Below, one piece after another: positions 1 to 12,412 of a DNA stretch of 64,000 nt. The notes under the pieces are model-generated. The model worked only from the letters and a program-made list of their open reading frames with translations. It was not told the DNA's origin and made no database searches. How positions within the stretch are numbered: the first letter of the stretch is position 1; each line of letters starts with the position of its first letter. The stretch covers positions 35,402,001-35,466,000 of the forward strand of contig NC_043002.1 of assembly GCF_006345805.1 (NCBI RefSeq). The letters run 5' to 3'. The stretch comes from Octopus sinensis (lineage: Eukaryota). The position numbers were made by a program, and so were the translations under genes.

Positions 1-287
1 CTATATTTTTAAATCGAATTAATTTTAATATTGATTTAAAGATATAGTCACGAAACGCGGGTAGTCAATTTATTGCTTATTTTATTTAGTGATTTTTAGA
101 TTAATATTTATTATAATATATTAAAATTTTTTCTATATGATTTAATATAGATAATATCTTTCACTATCAATTAAATTACTAAATAGAGGTTATTTCTCTT
201 AATTATATACATATATATTGTGAAATTGGATTTAGTATTGCTAAATTGAATTTTTCCCTGTAAGTTTGGAATTTTATATTCCCTACT
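1..287 (+). mobile_element. Fragment of an AT-rich Penelope-like terminal repeat, cut by the window start
   Basis: Reverse-complement similarity to 34223-34550 (CCCTGTAAGTTTGGA..TATA.TCCCTA). Contains CTATA...TATAGTCAC-GAAAC-GCGG-GTA, the 3' half of a hammerhead-like motif. Confidence 0.5.
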
Positions 288-765
288 ATTATTTATAATT
301 ATAAATAAATAAATAAATAAGTGTGTGTATCATTTCTAAATCTCTCAGAGAGAGTTATGCAGTAACAGCACGATAAAGTGATGTGTTGTTGCCAACTTAA
401 TTTGGCAGTCCCAGGAAAGGGAAGAATGCTACTGCTATTTAACCACAAGAAACACCGTTTCTAGTTGGCTACGTGACACAAGCGTTCTGTGTTTTCAAAC
501 AGGGGAGATAAGCACCTCCACTCAACAAAGCTAGCATTCAGAGACTAGTTTCAAGGTAATTGCTCTTCATTAGTCTGGAGTAGCTTGGCCTTGCTAGATG
601 TCATACACACACACACACACACACACACACATATTAGGAAATTAGAGGTTATGGCCGGTCAGAGAGTGACCATTGGTGTGAACCTATAAAGCACTTAGCA
701 ATATAGGCGATTTATCAAACTCAAATGACTTTTAAAAAATACATTACTACTCTAATGCTTTAGAG

Positions 766-960
766 CAGGGGTTCTCAAACATTTTTATCTATGGACCCCT
801 TTAATTACTAATTTGTTCTGGTGGACCTCCAGAGCCATTCGATGTTTAAAAAAACTAGTTTTATAGGTACTTGTTTCAAAATTCCTATTTAGTTTTCAAC
901 ACATTAACATGTATAGGTTGAACTATGTAAAACATTAGGGAAAGGAACCTGGCTGTTTCT
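766..960 (+). mobile_element. hAT (Charlie-like) DNA transposon left end
   Basis: Starts CAGGGGTTCTCAAAC, preceded by CTTTAGAG (NTCTAGAN-like site). No matching right TIR found. Confidence 0.4.
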
Positions 961-1129
961 TTATACGAAAAAGAGAACAAAATTTTGGAAATTTATGATT
1001 TTCTTTTTCCCTCCCGCCACCCCTCACTACCCCAGTTCGGACCGGTTTTGACCAATTTAAAAAAAATTTCACAATGCACTTTACCCGCGAGAAAAACGTT
1101 TTCGGTGAAGAGAAAAAAATTTGTTAAAT

Positions 1130-1690
1130 GTGTGATTTCAGGGAGATCTGGCTGTTGTCTCTAGCACACCCCAAGACCTCACTCGGTTTTTCTCAATCTC
1201 ACGTCTATTGATGTTTTTCAATATTTTTCTCCCCATAAACATTATATTGGAATGATAATGCCAAAGTAACACACGCGTAATCCATTGCTGGGACAAAGAA
1301 AAAAAATGGTAATTTAAATTTTTACTCGCACCCCAACCGAGTGAGTGTATGTGTGTAAGAAAATTTAATTTCAAACAGATAATTAAGCTATCAAAATAAA
1401 TCATCTTTTGCATACCTTTTATTAAAATCACTCTGTATAAATCCCAGCAATAATGTTTTCAGGCTCTCCAATATCAATATTTTAGAGTTATATAAATAGA
1501 AACAATCGGGACCAGGGAGTAGGGCTAAAAGAATCACACATTTTAAGATTTTCCTTTTTTATATAGCATAAATGTGTTTATGGAGGAAAATAGGGAAAAA
1601 CATCAATACATATTTGAGTGAGGAAAAAAAAAAAGGCGAGTGGTCTTGCGGTGTGCTAGAAACAACAGCCAAATCTCCATTAAATCACAC
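1130..1690. repeat. Unclassified repeat with ~115-bp internal inverted arms (1130-1242 / 1575-1690)
   Basis: GTGTGATTT..GGAGAT.TGGCTGTTGT.TCTAGCACACC.CAAGACC recurs in reverse complement. The two opposite-strand ORFs both contain GVLETTA(R/K)SP. Confidence 0.75.
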
Positions 1691-3755
1691 TTTTTCCTTG
1701 TTCTCTTCCGAAAAATTTTGCCTAACAAATTTCTGTGTAATCGTGATCTATGCCGTTTGAAAGGTATTCTTATAAAATTTCATTAAAAAATACCTATTTT
1801 CCTGAAAGTTATGAGAGGTAAAAAATGTCGGGTAGTCTGAATTTTCCGAAACTGCTCTCCTCAACCCTTTAGAAAAATTTTTTCCAACAAGTCTTTACAT
1901 AAACTCACTCTTCAGGATCTAAGCGATTATTTGTTGGAGGCAACAAAATAAGCGGAGGTGTGGGTATACATATATATATATATATCAAATAGGATAAGTT
2001 CCAGACTGTCTGGCTAATTTTTTTTATAAATTTAAATTTATTTAATTTAATGAACATAGTGAAAATAATAGATTCTAATACATTCTCCTATTTAACTCAA
2101 CTCCCGGTTTTTCTAGAAGATTTTTAATTGGTTAACTGCTCTCGAGTGCGTATGCTACGTGTGTAAAAGGAAGCGAAAAGATGAAATAAACGAGGGAAAA
2201 AAATAGTCGAAGTAGAGCTCTTACGATTTTAGTATTAGGCATACTGCATATTACCTGGAAGAGTTAGTCAATGAGCAGCTCTTGTCTCTCGTACGTATAA
2301 TTTTCGTTTTTCTCTAAATAGCAATACCTATTTTTAAAATATTCTTTTATTTTCATAAATCATTATTACTTTATATGTTTTTTCAAATAATTTTTCATCT
2401 CAAAAATCATGTTTTTCTCGTTGTTAGCAGATTCGCTGACAATGTTATTCGAATTATCGCTAAGGACAAAAAAGTCATATTTTAGATGTTCGTCCATTGA
2501 ATAGATAACTCACCTAACTAGTGATCGAATTTCATTTCTCTATCATTCTAATTTTATTTATTATCATTTTTTTAAACTTCTTTCCATAACACATATAATA
2601 TTTTATGAGTATATATGCCAGTACTCAACCTTCGGGGAATCATATTTTAAGAATTTGTAAGCATAAGCAAAAAGCGCACATGTCCTTATCTGCGTACGTG
2701 CTATTGAGATTATTCGATAAATTATCGACATATGTTGCTTATGTGGATGGTGTATGCCAGTTGTAGCAACGAAGATTTTTAAAATTAAGAAAAATAAGAA
2801 CTATCATTGCTGTTTGGCTCTCTTTATGAAAATATTAATAACTAAATAGGCATAGTCCATGGGGTTACTTGTGTTAGTTTGTCGCAGATTAAACATGAAT
2901 AGAATAACCTTGCTGTTGCGTAGGTCATTTTACCATAATATTGTATTAAGAGATATCGAATTCTTTTCTTTTCCTTTTGCAAGACACCATTTATTAATCT
3001 GAATTATGCAGCTAATCTGACATCAACGTTTGTCGGAAAAACGAAAGGACACGACACGTGCTAATCCCGTTACCAATTATTCAGTTTATTATTACTAGCC
3101 GGTATTCTAGATCAGTGTCTACTATTTGGGGTCCACTAGTTTAAGCACCCATATAACCCCTCATAACATTTTATCTTTTTTTGGAATTTTCAGAAAATGT
3201 CGACGAATTTGTGTTCTACACCTGGGAATTCATACTATTATGCAAAAAAAAAAAAATCAAGTATTTTTGTGTATAGTTTAAGGGCTATTTAGATGTTATT
3301 TTTAGTGCATCTCACGACCACCTGGTACCTTCTTTGTCACTGGTGTATTGATGTTTTTCAATATCTTTCTCAAAACCATGACTTTCAAACATCTGTCGGT
3401 GCTCACGAAGAAGAGTGGACCCGCGCTAGTCATTCAGAAAGTGAAAATAGAAAAAAAATTTAAAATTGAAATAAAATGTATTTCAAAAGATGTTTTAGAA
3501 TGTTCTGAAAACAGTCATCCCCGGTTTTCCCATATTTTCTTCTCCACAGAAACTCATCTAAATGGGATTCAATCATATTTGTATTTGTACTACGATTCTA
3601 CTCTTAAATCTGTATTTATATAATTCAACACTTTCCTTTTAGAAATGAATATGCAGCACCAAATCTCTGAATGTATGACAAAATATCATAGAACATTTCA
3701 AATAACAGTAAATCGAATTATAACGAAATGATTAACATTTTATGGTACTATTTAA

Positions 3756-3974
3756 GAAGAGTGGTCCTGGTGCGCGCACTCGCGTACTATCGCATCCGCG
3801 CAAGTTAGTCGTGACTAGTCTAGCCTACAACGACTTCCTAGCAAAGTAAATAAAACACAAAATAATTTTTTTTCACAAAGTAAATAATTTTTTTGAAAAC
3901 AAAGCACGAAGTAAGGATCGACTAGTCACGACAAGCTAGCGCGGATGTGCGAGTGCGCGCACCGGGACCACTCT
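3756..3974. mobile_element. ~220-bp MITE with ~60-bp TIRs (possibly Kolobok-type)
   Basis: GAGTGGTCC(T/C)GGTGCGCGCACTCGC...CATCCGCGC.AG.T.GTCGTGACTAGTC at both ends, inverted. TTAA on the left, TTTA on the right, purine-purine termini. Confidence 0.75.
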
Positions 3975-4317
3975 CTTTACTCTTTTACTTGTTTCAGTCG
4001 TTTGAATGCAAATCGACCCCAGGACTTATTCTTTGTAAACCTAGTACTTATTCTATCGGTCCCTTTTGCCGAACTGCTAAGTTATGGAGAAGGTAAACAC
4101 ACCAGCATCGGTTATCAAGCGATGTTGGGGGACAAACACATATACATATATACGATGGGCTTCTTTCAGTTTCCGTCTACCACATCCACTCACAAGGCTT
4201 TGGTCGGCCCGAGGCTATAGTAGAAGACACTTGCCCAAGGTGCCACGCAGCGAGACTGAACACGGAACTATGTGGTTGGTAAGCAAACTACTTCCACACA
4301 GCCACTCCTGCGCCTCT
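3975..4317 (-). mobile_element. tRNA-derived SINE (major octopus-type family)
   Basis: Reverse-complement head GGCGCAGGAGTGGCTGTGTGG...GTTCAGTC with A/B boxes, central CA/TA tract and (AAAGAGT)n tail. Same family recurs at least five more times in the window. Confidence 0.9.
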
Positions 4318-4734
4318 TAAATATTACCCATTTTATTTTCATTTTCTTAACGACTAGCATGGGTCCACTATTCATGAGTACCCACACTTTCCCATCGTGC
4401 ATTCAAAAAACTCTCTTGACATTTCTGCATTTCCTGCATGCAAAATAAGTTTTTTTTTGAGGGATGGGCGTTATCACTAATTTTTGTGGTGATCTTTGCC
4501 GCCTCGTAACTACTTTCATTATGTTTGGCGGGCCGTTATTCTCTTTAAAAAATTTTTTTTTAATATAAGACCCTCTGCACCACAAAACTTGTTTGGTTGA
4601 GGAAGGCACGACAACTTTTGTGCATTAAAATACAGGCAATCCTCCGGTATTAGTAGACGATGTCATTCACTCTCTTTTTCTACTTCGCCTCTTTATGCCA
4701 TCAGGGGATATTGTATGGGTGAATATCGTTTACT

Positions 4735-5100
4735 AATACCGAATGTATTGAGAGAAAAGTTGGGCATAAGAGGAATCAAATGTAGCATGCAAGAGAGAAG
4801 ACTTCATTGGTTTGGATATGTGATGTGTACGAATGAGGATAGCTGCATAAAGAAGTGCTGATCACTGAAAGTGGATGGTACTTGCGGAAGAGGGAAACCC
4901 AAGAAGATGTGGGGTGAAGTGTTAAGGACCAGTCTCTGGATGTTGGGTCTCACAGAAAATGACAATGGAGATGTCTGGTGATATGAAATTCCTGTCGGTA
5001 TGGTCATGTGATGCATATGAGTGAGGACAGCTGCAAGATGTTGAGTTTTGTAGAGATGACAAAGGACTGAGGCAACTGGTGATATGCTGTACTTGCAAAC
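4735..5100 (+). mobile_element. Degenerate 3' end of an RTE LINE ORF
   Basis: Encodes remnants of ERRLHWFG.V...EDSCIKKC...G.CGRG.PKKMW, similar to the RTE C-terminus seen at 36150-36300. Confidence 0.65.
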
Positions 5101-5289
5101 ATTTACCCAGCAAAGTAAAATCCATGTCCATGATATGTTTGACAGGCCACTGTGTATTGAGGCTCTATTTTTTTTATTTTATTGTTCATAGAAAAGCAAA
5201 ATCCAGTTCTCGTATTTACATAGAGAGATATTAGTTTCAAAAACAAGTTGAGTTAGTCAGGAGTATTTGAACAAATGTCTTGAAGTGGA

Positions 5290-5978
5290 TTTCCAGCATA
5301 CGTGATTACTTAACCACACAAGTCAGATGGCTTTCAAAAGATCAGGTGCTATGTCACATACATGATAGCATGAACAAGTCTATGAATGAATTTTGGGTTT
5401 CTAAGCTGGGATATCTGACAGAAATATTTGTTCAACAAGCATATAACGTAGAGATGGAATCATTCTTATTTCACCAGTTAATTTTGTTAAAAAAGAAAGT
5501 TGTAATTTTGAAGAATAGTGAAAACTGGCAATTTTGAAGTTTCCCTTAATGTATAAAAGCTGCGTAAAAGAAATGATTCCTGTTGTAGTTGATCATTTGA
5601 CAAAGCTTGGAAGAATAAAACTGACTTCTATTGTTTGTTACTGAGCACAGAAGTGTATGATTGAGTTTCAAATCCTTTCATAAATATATCGTCTAATATT
5701 GATCTTAAATTACGTAAAGTGGAAGAAGCATCTATATCCAGTGATCGCATACTTAAAATCAAGAGGAATACCGCATTGTATTTTTAAAAAAATGCATTAT
5801 TAGTTTTGTTGGGATTTTCTACTTTGCATTTATTTGAATTGGGATTTTCAACTCCCCTGTAACATCAAAAATAAGAGGCATAGTTTCATTGAAGGAGAAA
5901 TGAGGATCTACTTAGCACAAATATGTTTAAACATTGATAATGTTGCAAAAAAATATGACTCATGTTTCCAACTGATAA
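5290..5978 (+). pseudogene. hAT-Charlie-type transposase remnant
   Basis: TQVRWLSKDQVL, EFWVSKLGYLTEIF and the C-terminal RHSFIEGEMRIYLAQICLNIDNVAKK resemble Charlie/ZBED5-type motifs (EVRWLSRGKVL; WL.KLAYL.DIF). Frame is broken. Confidence 0.7.
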
Positions 5979-5992
5979 CTTGCTTAATATAC

Positions 5993-6415
5993 TTACTCTC
6001 TTTTACTCTTTTACTTGTTACAGTCATTTGACTGCAGTCATCCTGGAGCACTGCCTTTAGTCGAGCAAATCGACCCCGGGACTTATTCTTTGTAAGCCCA
6101 GTACTTATTCTATCGGTCTCTTTTGCCGAACCACTAAGTGACAGGGACGTAAACACACCAGCATTGGTTGTCAAGCAATGCTAGGGGGACAAACACAGAC
6201 ACAGACACACAAACATATACACACACACTTATATATATATACATATATACGACAGGCTTCTTTCAGTTTCCGTCTACCAAATCCACTCCCAAGGCATTGG
6301 TCGGCCCGGGGCTATAGCAGAAGACACTTGCCCAAGATGCCACGCAGTGTGACTGAACTCGGAACCATGTGGTTGGTTAGCAAGCTACTTACCACACAGC
6401 CATTCTTGCGCCTAC
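5993..6415 (-). mobile_element. Full-length tRNA-derived SINE
   Basis: Same head, core and tail as 3975-4317. Confidence 0.9.
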
Positions 6416-8384
6416 TTCAGCATTTTCAAATACATTCTTGTTTTATGCTGTGTTAATGTTTACAAATTCTTTTGGTTATTGTTTCTGAATGTATATACAA
6501 AATGTGCTGCAGTATTTATATTTAAGTGCACTGTGAAGAATAAGTTTAATGGAAAACTATGTCATTGGTTGTCAGTAAATCATTGCTATTTTGTTTGTCT
6601 AACAGTCTGTCAGTTCTTAGTTGCCTCTCCACTGTCCATTCTTAAAAAAGAAAAAACACTGCTAACAGGAGTATTTACATTACAGAATAGTTTAGATTTT
6701 TTTTTTATGTTTGTTTGATAGATAGTTTACAAGCACAGCTGTGTTTTGTTTTGGGTTTGGTCCTATTTGCATTGCATGATGGGCAAGCATCTTCCTTATT
6801 CTCAGGTTGAACTATGTTTTGCAAGTAAAATTTGGTAGACAATAACTCTGAGAGCTTGTCAAGTACATTGTGTTTCTGTGTATCAGAAGAGGTGATTAAA
6901 AGAGCTGGCAATAGGAAAGGCACTGATAAAAACTATCAAACTCTTGCCAGCATGGACAAGATCTTTGTAAAAGGGTCATTCATGTACTATTTGATTCCAA
7001 TTCTCCTTCTAAACATGTTTGGGCTGTTTGTTCAAATGACTGGGAGATTATTACCTCATTTTGGAAGCAAGTAGAGGTTAGCAACAGGAAGGGCGTCTGG
7101 CTATAGAAAACCCTGTCCCAACATGTTCTCATCTGACCCATGCAAGCATGGAAAAATAGATGTTTAAACAATGATGACATGTGCAATTTCTGTTGGTGTT
7201 TGTCTTGTCCCTATATATGCTTTAATATGTGACGTGATTTAAAAAATAATTCTCTTTGTTTTTGTCCTGTAATTTAGCAATAATTGCAATACCTCTTAAT
7301 TTTCTTCAGTCTAGATACTGAAAAGTTACTTTTAAAGGTGGTGAGCTGGCAGAATTGTTTGTCTCAGTTGTATTTCATCTGTCTTCTATGTTCTTAGTTC
7401 AAATTCTTTTGTGGTTGATGCCAAAATTTGAAATCAATATTTAGAAATTGATGGCAAATGAAGTTAATTAAAAATGCTTTTCTTTTTTTTATCATTTTCT
7501 AAACACAGGTGCAAGCACAAGTATGGTGCTTAAGAAGCTCATTGAAAAAGCACCAAACTGAAGTAACTACTGGTGTCAATATGATTGACCAAAACTCTGA
7601 AAGGCAGAGTACTCCAGCATATGCCAATGATAGAAACCACTGAAAGTATAACTTATAAAAGGTATGTTAGCCATATTTTTAGAAAAAAGTTTATTTTATT
7701 TTGTATTGGAGGGCCTCGGATTAGCAGAGTTTTTAAAACGTTGGATAAAGTACATAGAAATATTTACTTTACATTTTGGGTTTAAATCAATCATACCAAA
7801 GTGAACTTTACCTTTCTTGCTCGGTACAAAGTACCAGTCAAGTGTATCAACTACCCCTTCCCTTCAAATAGTGACCTTGCACAAATGTTAGAAATCAATA
7901 TTACTCTCAAGTTGGTGACTGATGTGCCTTTAATGTTTATATTTTGAATTCAAGCTATTGAAGTTTCTATGTAGCCTTTTGAACTGCTGGAAATAGCAGC
8001 CAAATTTTCTTCCACTCACATCTTATCTTATAAAGGAAGGACTTACTTAGTGTTGAGAGAAAAACTGAATGACCAGCTGCATGTTGAGAATAAACGAAGC
8101 TATTCAGAATTTTAAATAAATAGCATTGAAAAATTACTTTGATTCAAGCTGGTTTGTAAATATTTACTGTGAATATCATTAGATGTTTACAAGCTTACTA
8201 GATTTTGTAGTTGACACTTCTATAATTCAAAGAATTATGGAGCTCTATGCAATGGTTCTAGATTCTTTGTGCTTGGTAAACTTACAGAAGTAGTATACTC
8301 TCATGTATTTGTTAGTTTTCTGCCTAGTATGATATTCATATTTTCACCATTAGCTGATTTTAGAATTTTTAGTTGAATAAACTG

Positions 8385-8697
8385 ATCCTAGGACTTATTC
8401 TTTGTAAGCCTGGTTCTTATTCTATTAGTCATTTTTGCCGAACTGCTAAGTTACAGGGACATAAGCACACCGACACCAGTTGTCAAACCAGTGGTGGAGG
8501 GACAAACATACACACACACACACACACACACACATGATGGTCTTCTTTCAGTTTCTGTCTACCAAATCCACTTACAAGGCTTTGGTTGGCCTGAGGCTAT
8601 AGTAGAAGACACGTGCCCAAGGTGCTACACAGTAAGACTGAACCTGGGACCATTTGGTTGGTAAGCAAGCTTCTTACTACACAGCCACTCCTGCACC
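8385..8697 (-). mobile_element. tRNA-derived SINE, 3'-truncated; head-to-head with another SINE head at 8715-8835 (+)
   Basis: Family core CCAAATCCACT.ACAAGGCTTTGG and B-box. Confidence 0.8.
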
Positions 8698-9079
8698 TTA
8701 CCACACAATCACTTCTAGGCATGGCTGTGTGAAGCTTGCTTTACAACCACATGGTTTCTTGTTCAGTTCCACTGCAGGGCAACCAACGCCTTGTGAGTGA
8801 ATTTGGTAGATGGAAACTGTGTGTGTGTGTGTGTCCATGTCCAGTTTTCTTCAGGGTAACTAAGTAGTTACATGATACTGGAGGTCATAGATTTCTCTTG
8901 GGTCTTGGTGGACATGAACTGCTTTCTCCTCATCATGAAAGAGTCCACCATCTCACCACTTTGAGCTGCTTGGAAATGACTTTTATTAACCACTGGGGTT
9001 GTCATTGATGATGTCCTCAGCTGTGCTGACAACTTATGACCATGGACCACCATCTCACCAACTTATGACCTTGGACTGT

Positions 9080-9188
9080 CCCTCTAGAGATCTTCAGCTC
9101 TTTCCTGACCCTGAACATAAAGGACTTGACTCTTTCCCCTCTAGAGATCTCCAGCTCTTTCCTGACCCTGAATATAAAAGACTTGACT
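9080..9188. repeat. 57-bp tandem duplication (about 1.9 copies)
   Basis: CCCTCTAGAGATCT(T/C)CAGCTCTTTCCTGACCCTGAA(C/T)ATAAA(G/A)GACTTGACT starts at 9080 and 9137. Confidence 0.95.
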
Positions 9189-9870
9189 ATGTTCAAGAAG
9201 CTGGTAATCTTCAGTTTGTTGTGGTTGATTTACCTTTTCCTTTCCTATGTTAGATTGGAATCTGCCATGTTGATGTTGATAAATCTGAAAGAGGAGAAAG
9301 TAAAAAAAAATTGGTACATACCAAGTAACATATTAATGTGTTTTCCATTTTTAGCTTGCTAAAGTTCTTTACAAATAACCCACACACTCTTTTTTCTTTT
9401 GTTCTTTTGAACTCCACCATTTTGAAACTTTTTGTTTTCAATTTTTGTATGCAATAATCATTAAAGAGAGTTCATTAAATTCACAGTAACTAGGACACAC
9501 AGTGCATATAATTTGAATTATAAATGTAAAGTAATCTAAAAAAATATCGCATAACAAAATAGAATTAATTAAAATATTGTTTCTGTTAATTGTTATATTT
9601 GTCTGTCAAATACATATGCAGCCTTTTTCTTTTAAACATTTATAGATTCATATTTATACATATTTTTAAATATGCATTCCTTCATATATTCTTTTTATTA
9701 ATAACAATAATCTGTTCTCTTTCATTTCAAGTATTTAATTTAAACAAAAGTCTAGGTTAACATGTAATTCTCCTATAACATTCTTATTGACAAGTAAGTT
9801 AGTTTTTTGACCTGAACTTGTGAATTGGCACATATTTTGACAAGCATTTCTGCCAGTGGAGTTCACCTAA

Positions 9871-9979
9871 ATGTATGCAATATATAGTGTTGAAAGAATA
9901 ATAATATTTAGTTTAGTTACTTCCATTCAAATTTGTTGGTGTTTCAGTTTTTGTTTTTTTGTATCTCTTCATTTTGTTG
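9871..9979 (+). CDS. PXYLP1: Putative first coding exon (signal anchor) of the PXYLP1-like gene
   Basis: ATG then hydrophobic MYAIYSVERIIIFSLVTSIQICWCFSFCFFVSLHFV, ending at a strong phase-1 donor G|GTATGT. Phase matches the acceptor at 13920, and total CDS is 1497 nt, in frame. Confidence 0.5.
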
Positions 9980-10107
9980 GTATGTTTGAAATAAATGCCA
10001 TTAATAATGTGGCATTGTCAGTCAACAATTCAACTTTTGTTTTAATTTGTATGAATTTGTACACTGGAGTCTTGCAATTTTTACTCTTTTCGTACACCCC
10101 CCCCCCC

Positions 10108-10365
10108 AAAAAAAAACAGTCTGATCTGGCGGTGTTTCTACAGCTGGACGCCCTTCCTGACGCCAACCACTCCGTGAATGTAGTGGGTGTTTTTTACGTG
10201 CCACCTGCACAGGTGCCAGACGAGGCTGGCAAAAGGCCACGATTGGATGGTGCTTTTTACGTGCCACTGGCACGGGGGCCAGACGATGCTGGCAACGGCC
10301 ACAATCGGATGTTGCTTTTTACGTGCCACCGGCACGGAGGCCAGTCGGGGCCACATTCTAGTAGT
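10108..10365 (-). mobile_element. RTE LINE 3'-UTR fragment
   Basis: TTTCTACAGCTGGACGCCCTTCCTGACGCCAACCACTCC plus ~57-bp GTGCCAC repeats, matching the UTR attached to the RTE at 35453-36892. Confidence 0.85.
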
Positions 10366-10744
10366 TGATCTCTCTGATGGTTGCCAAGTCATGATCTGAT
10401 GCAATATATAATAATCATCATTTAATGTCCAGCTTCCATACTGGCATGGGTTAGATGGTTTGACAGGATCCAGTCAGTCAGAAGGCTGTGTCAAGTTCCA
10501 GTACTTGCTTCGGCATAATTTCTATGGCTAGATGCTCTTCTTAAGACCATGCATTGGTCTAGCTGTGTTTGCTTTTCAATCATATGCTTTTGGGTTTGGT
10601 CCTGCTATGCAGCACTTTAAGCAAGTCTCCTGCTATAACTTTGGGCAAACAAAAGCCTAGTAAATGGGTTTGCTTAATGAAAACTGAAAGAAGCTTGTCA
10701 TATATATACGTATGTATGTGTGTGTGTTTGTTTGCATTTACACT

Positions 10745-11830
10745 TCCCTGATGAGTTTGTGTGAAGGAGTAAAGAAGAGAGTTAGAGTTGGATCAGAGCT
10801 GTTGGAGGAGTTAGCAGTGAAAGTTGGTGCACATCAGGGATCTGTGTTGTCACCGTTGTTGTTGGCAATAGTGATTGATGTGGTGATGGAGAGTGCTAGA
10901 GAGGGATTGATAATGGGGATACTGTTTGCAGATGACCTTGTTCTGATGAGTGAGATGATGGAGGGATTGAAGGAGAAGTTTCAGAAATGGAAGGAGGTGT
11001 TTGAAAGAAAGGGTTTGAAGGTAAACCATGGGACGATAAAGGTGATGGTGAGCGGGGTAGAAGGAGAAGTGTTAGTAAGGTAGATCCATGTGGTGTGTGT
11101 GGGAGGAAAGTAATGGAAAATGTGGGAAATAGATTCATGGTAGATTTAGAAAAATGACGGTGATCCTAAGACTGGCAAGAGTTTTCATTTGAGTTTAAGA
11201 TGTGAGAAAGGAGCTGGAGGGCTGGTGGAACTGGTGAGAGGGTTTTGTTATTTGGGAGATAGGGTGGATGTGAAGCAGCTGTGACAGCAAAAGTGAGACT
11301 TGGCTGGGTTAAGTTCAGGGAATGTGGAGCATTATTATATGGAAAAAGGTTCGCCTTGAAGATGAAAGGAAGGATTTATTGGTGCTGCGTGAGATTTGCA
11401 CTGCTGTATGGGAGTGAGACCTGGTGTCTGAGGGGAAGTGAAATGGCAATTTTGAGAAGGACTGAGAGAGCAATGTGTGGTGTGAAACTATTGGATAAAA
11501 GGAGGGCTGAGGACTTGATAGGAATGCTGGGGTTGGGGGAATTGGTGGAACAGCTGGCAAGGGCAAATGGAGTGCGGTGGTATGGACATGTATTGAGGAG
11601 GGATGAGGATCATGTTCTGAGGAGAGTGCTTGAGTTTAAGGTGAATGGACCATGAAAGTGAGGTTGATCAAAGAAAACATGTAGGAGGAGATTGGAAGGA
11701 TTGGCTTGAGGAGGAAGGACACCCAAAACCAGATGAGATGGCGAGATGGTGTGAGAGCGGTTGTTGTAAGAGTGAGGTAGATCTGGCCACCCCTGTTAAC
11801 GGGGACAAACCCAGATTTAAAATATTGGAC
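10745..11830 (+). mobile_element. Degenerate, 5'-truncated RTE-clade LINE (second family)
   Basis: VGAHQGSVLSPLL, LFADDLVL, LYGSETW, VRWYGHVLRR; frameshifts and stops. Confidence 0.9.
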
Positions 11831-12412
11831 ATTGATCAATTTTAGTCAAAGCTACAACTTTAAATCTGTCCAGAGTTATTTCTTCAATTTTCCCCATTGA
11901 TAACGGCTAAAGAGCTAGAAATGCAGTATCTGGGAATCTGAAAGGCTGCAGCACTGGACAGATATGATATTTTTACGTCTTTACTATAAGAGAGAATTTT
12001 TCTCCAAGAAAATGGCAGTGAATTTGCCTTTAGGTTAGTTAAAATATGTTTGTGACATTTCGACTTCTAAAGTTAACTTTAAAAAAAAATTTTTTGACAG
12101 TTTTCAATGTTATTAGGAATAATTTAATTGAACATTTTTTTTTCTATAAATTTCAGAATAGATGTATTCTGCTGTGTATACCATTCTTTTGGAAATGTTT
12201 AAGCATGTTTTCTATGGTACATAGACTTTACATCCTTGTTTGTATATTACTGATGCGTAAGTATATTTTTGTGGTAGTTCTTTTGTAAATTTTTTCTAAT
12301 TTAAAATATCTTGTTTATGAAAATGGTGAGGAAACACATGGACTGAAAGATTTTAGGAATTAAAATGAATAGTTTCAGCCCTAACCTAACAGTATTTATG
12401 ATGTACTTTTAA

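Larger units (their letters stand above)
3396..4384. mobile_element. MITE-like element with ~55-bp imperfect TIRs; hosts a smaller MITE and a SINE
   Basis: GGTGCTCACGAAGAAGAGTGGACCCGCGCTAGTCATTCAGAAAGTGAAAATA (3396-3450) versus its reverse complement at 4331-4384. Confidence 0.65.

Noticed and set aside
4403-4609. KTYFACRKCRNV as a piggyBac Cys-rich domain
   Set aside because: Only one CxxC, with no other ligands or TIR support.
9189-9324. MFKKLVIFSLLWLIYLFLSY... as the signal-anchor exon
   Set aside because: It looks like a signal anchor, but its best donor (TAT|GTTAGA) is phase 0 and the phase-1 option is weak. The 9871-9979 exon has a stronger, phase-compatible donor. Not excluded as an alternative exon.
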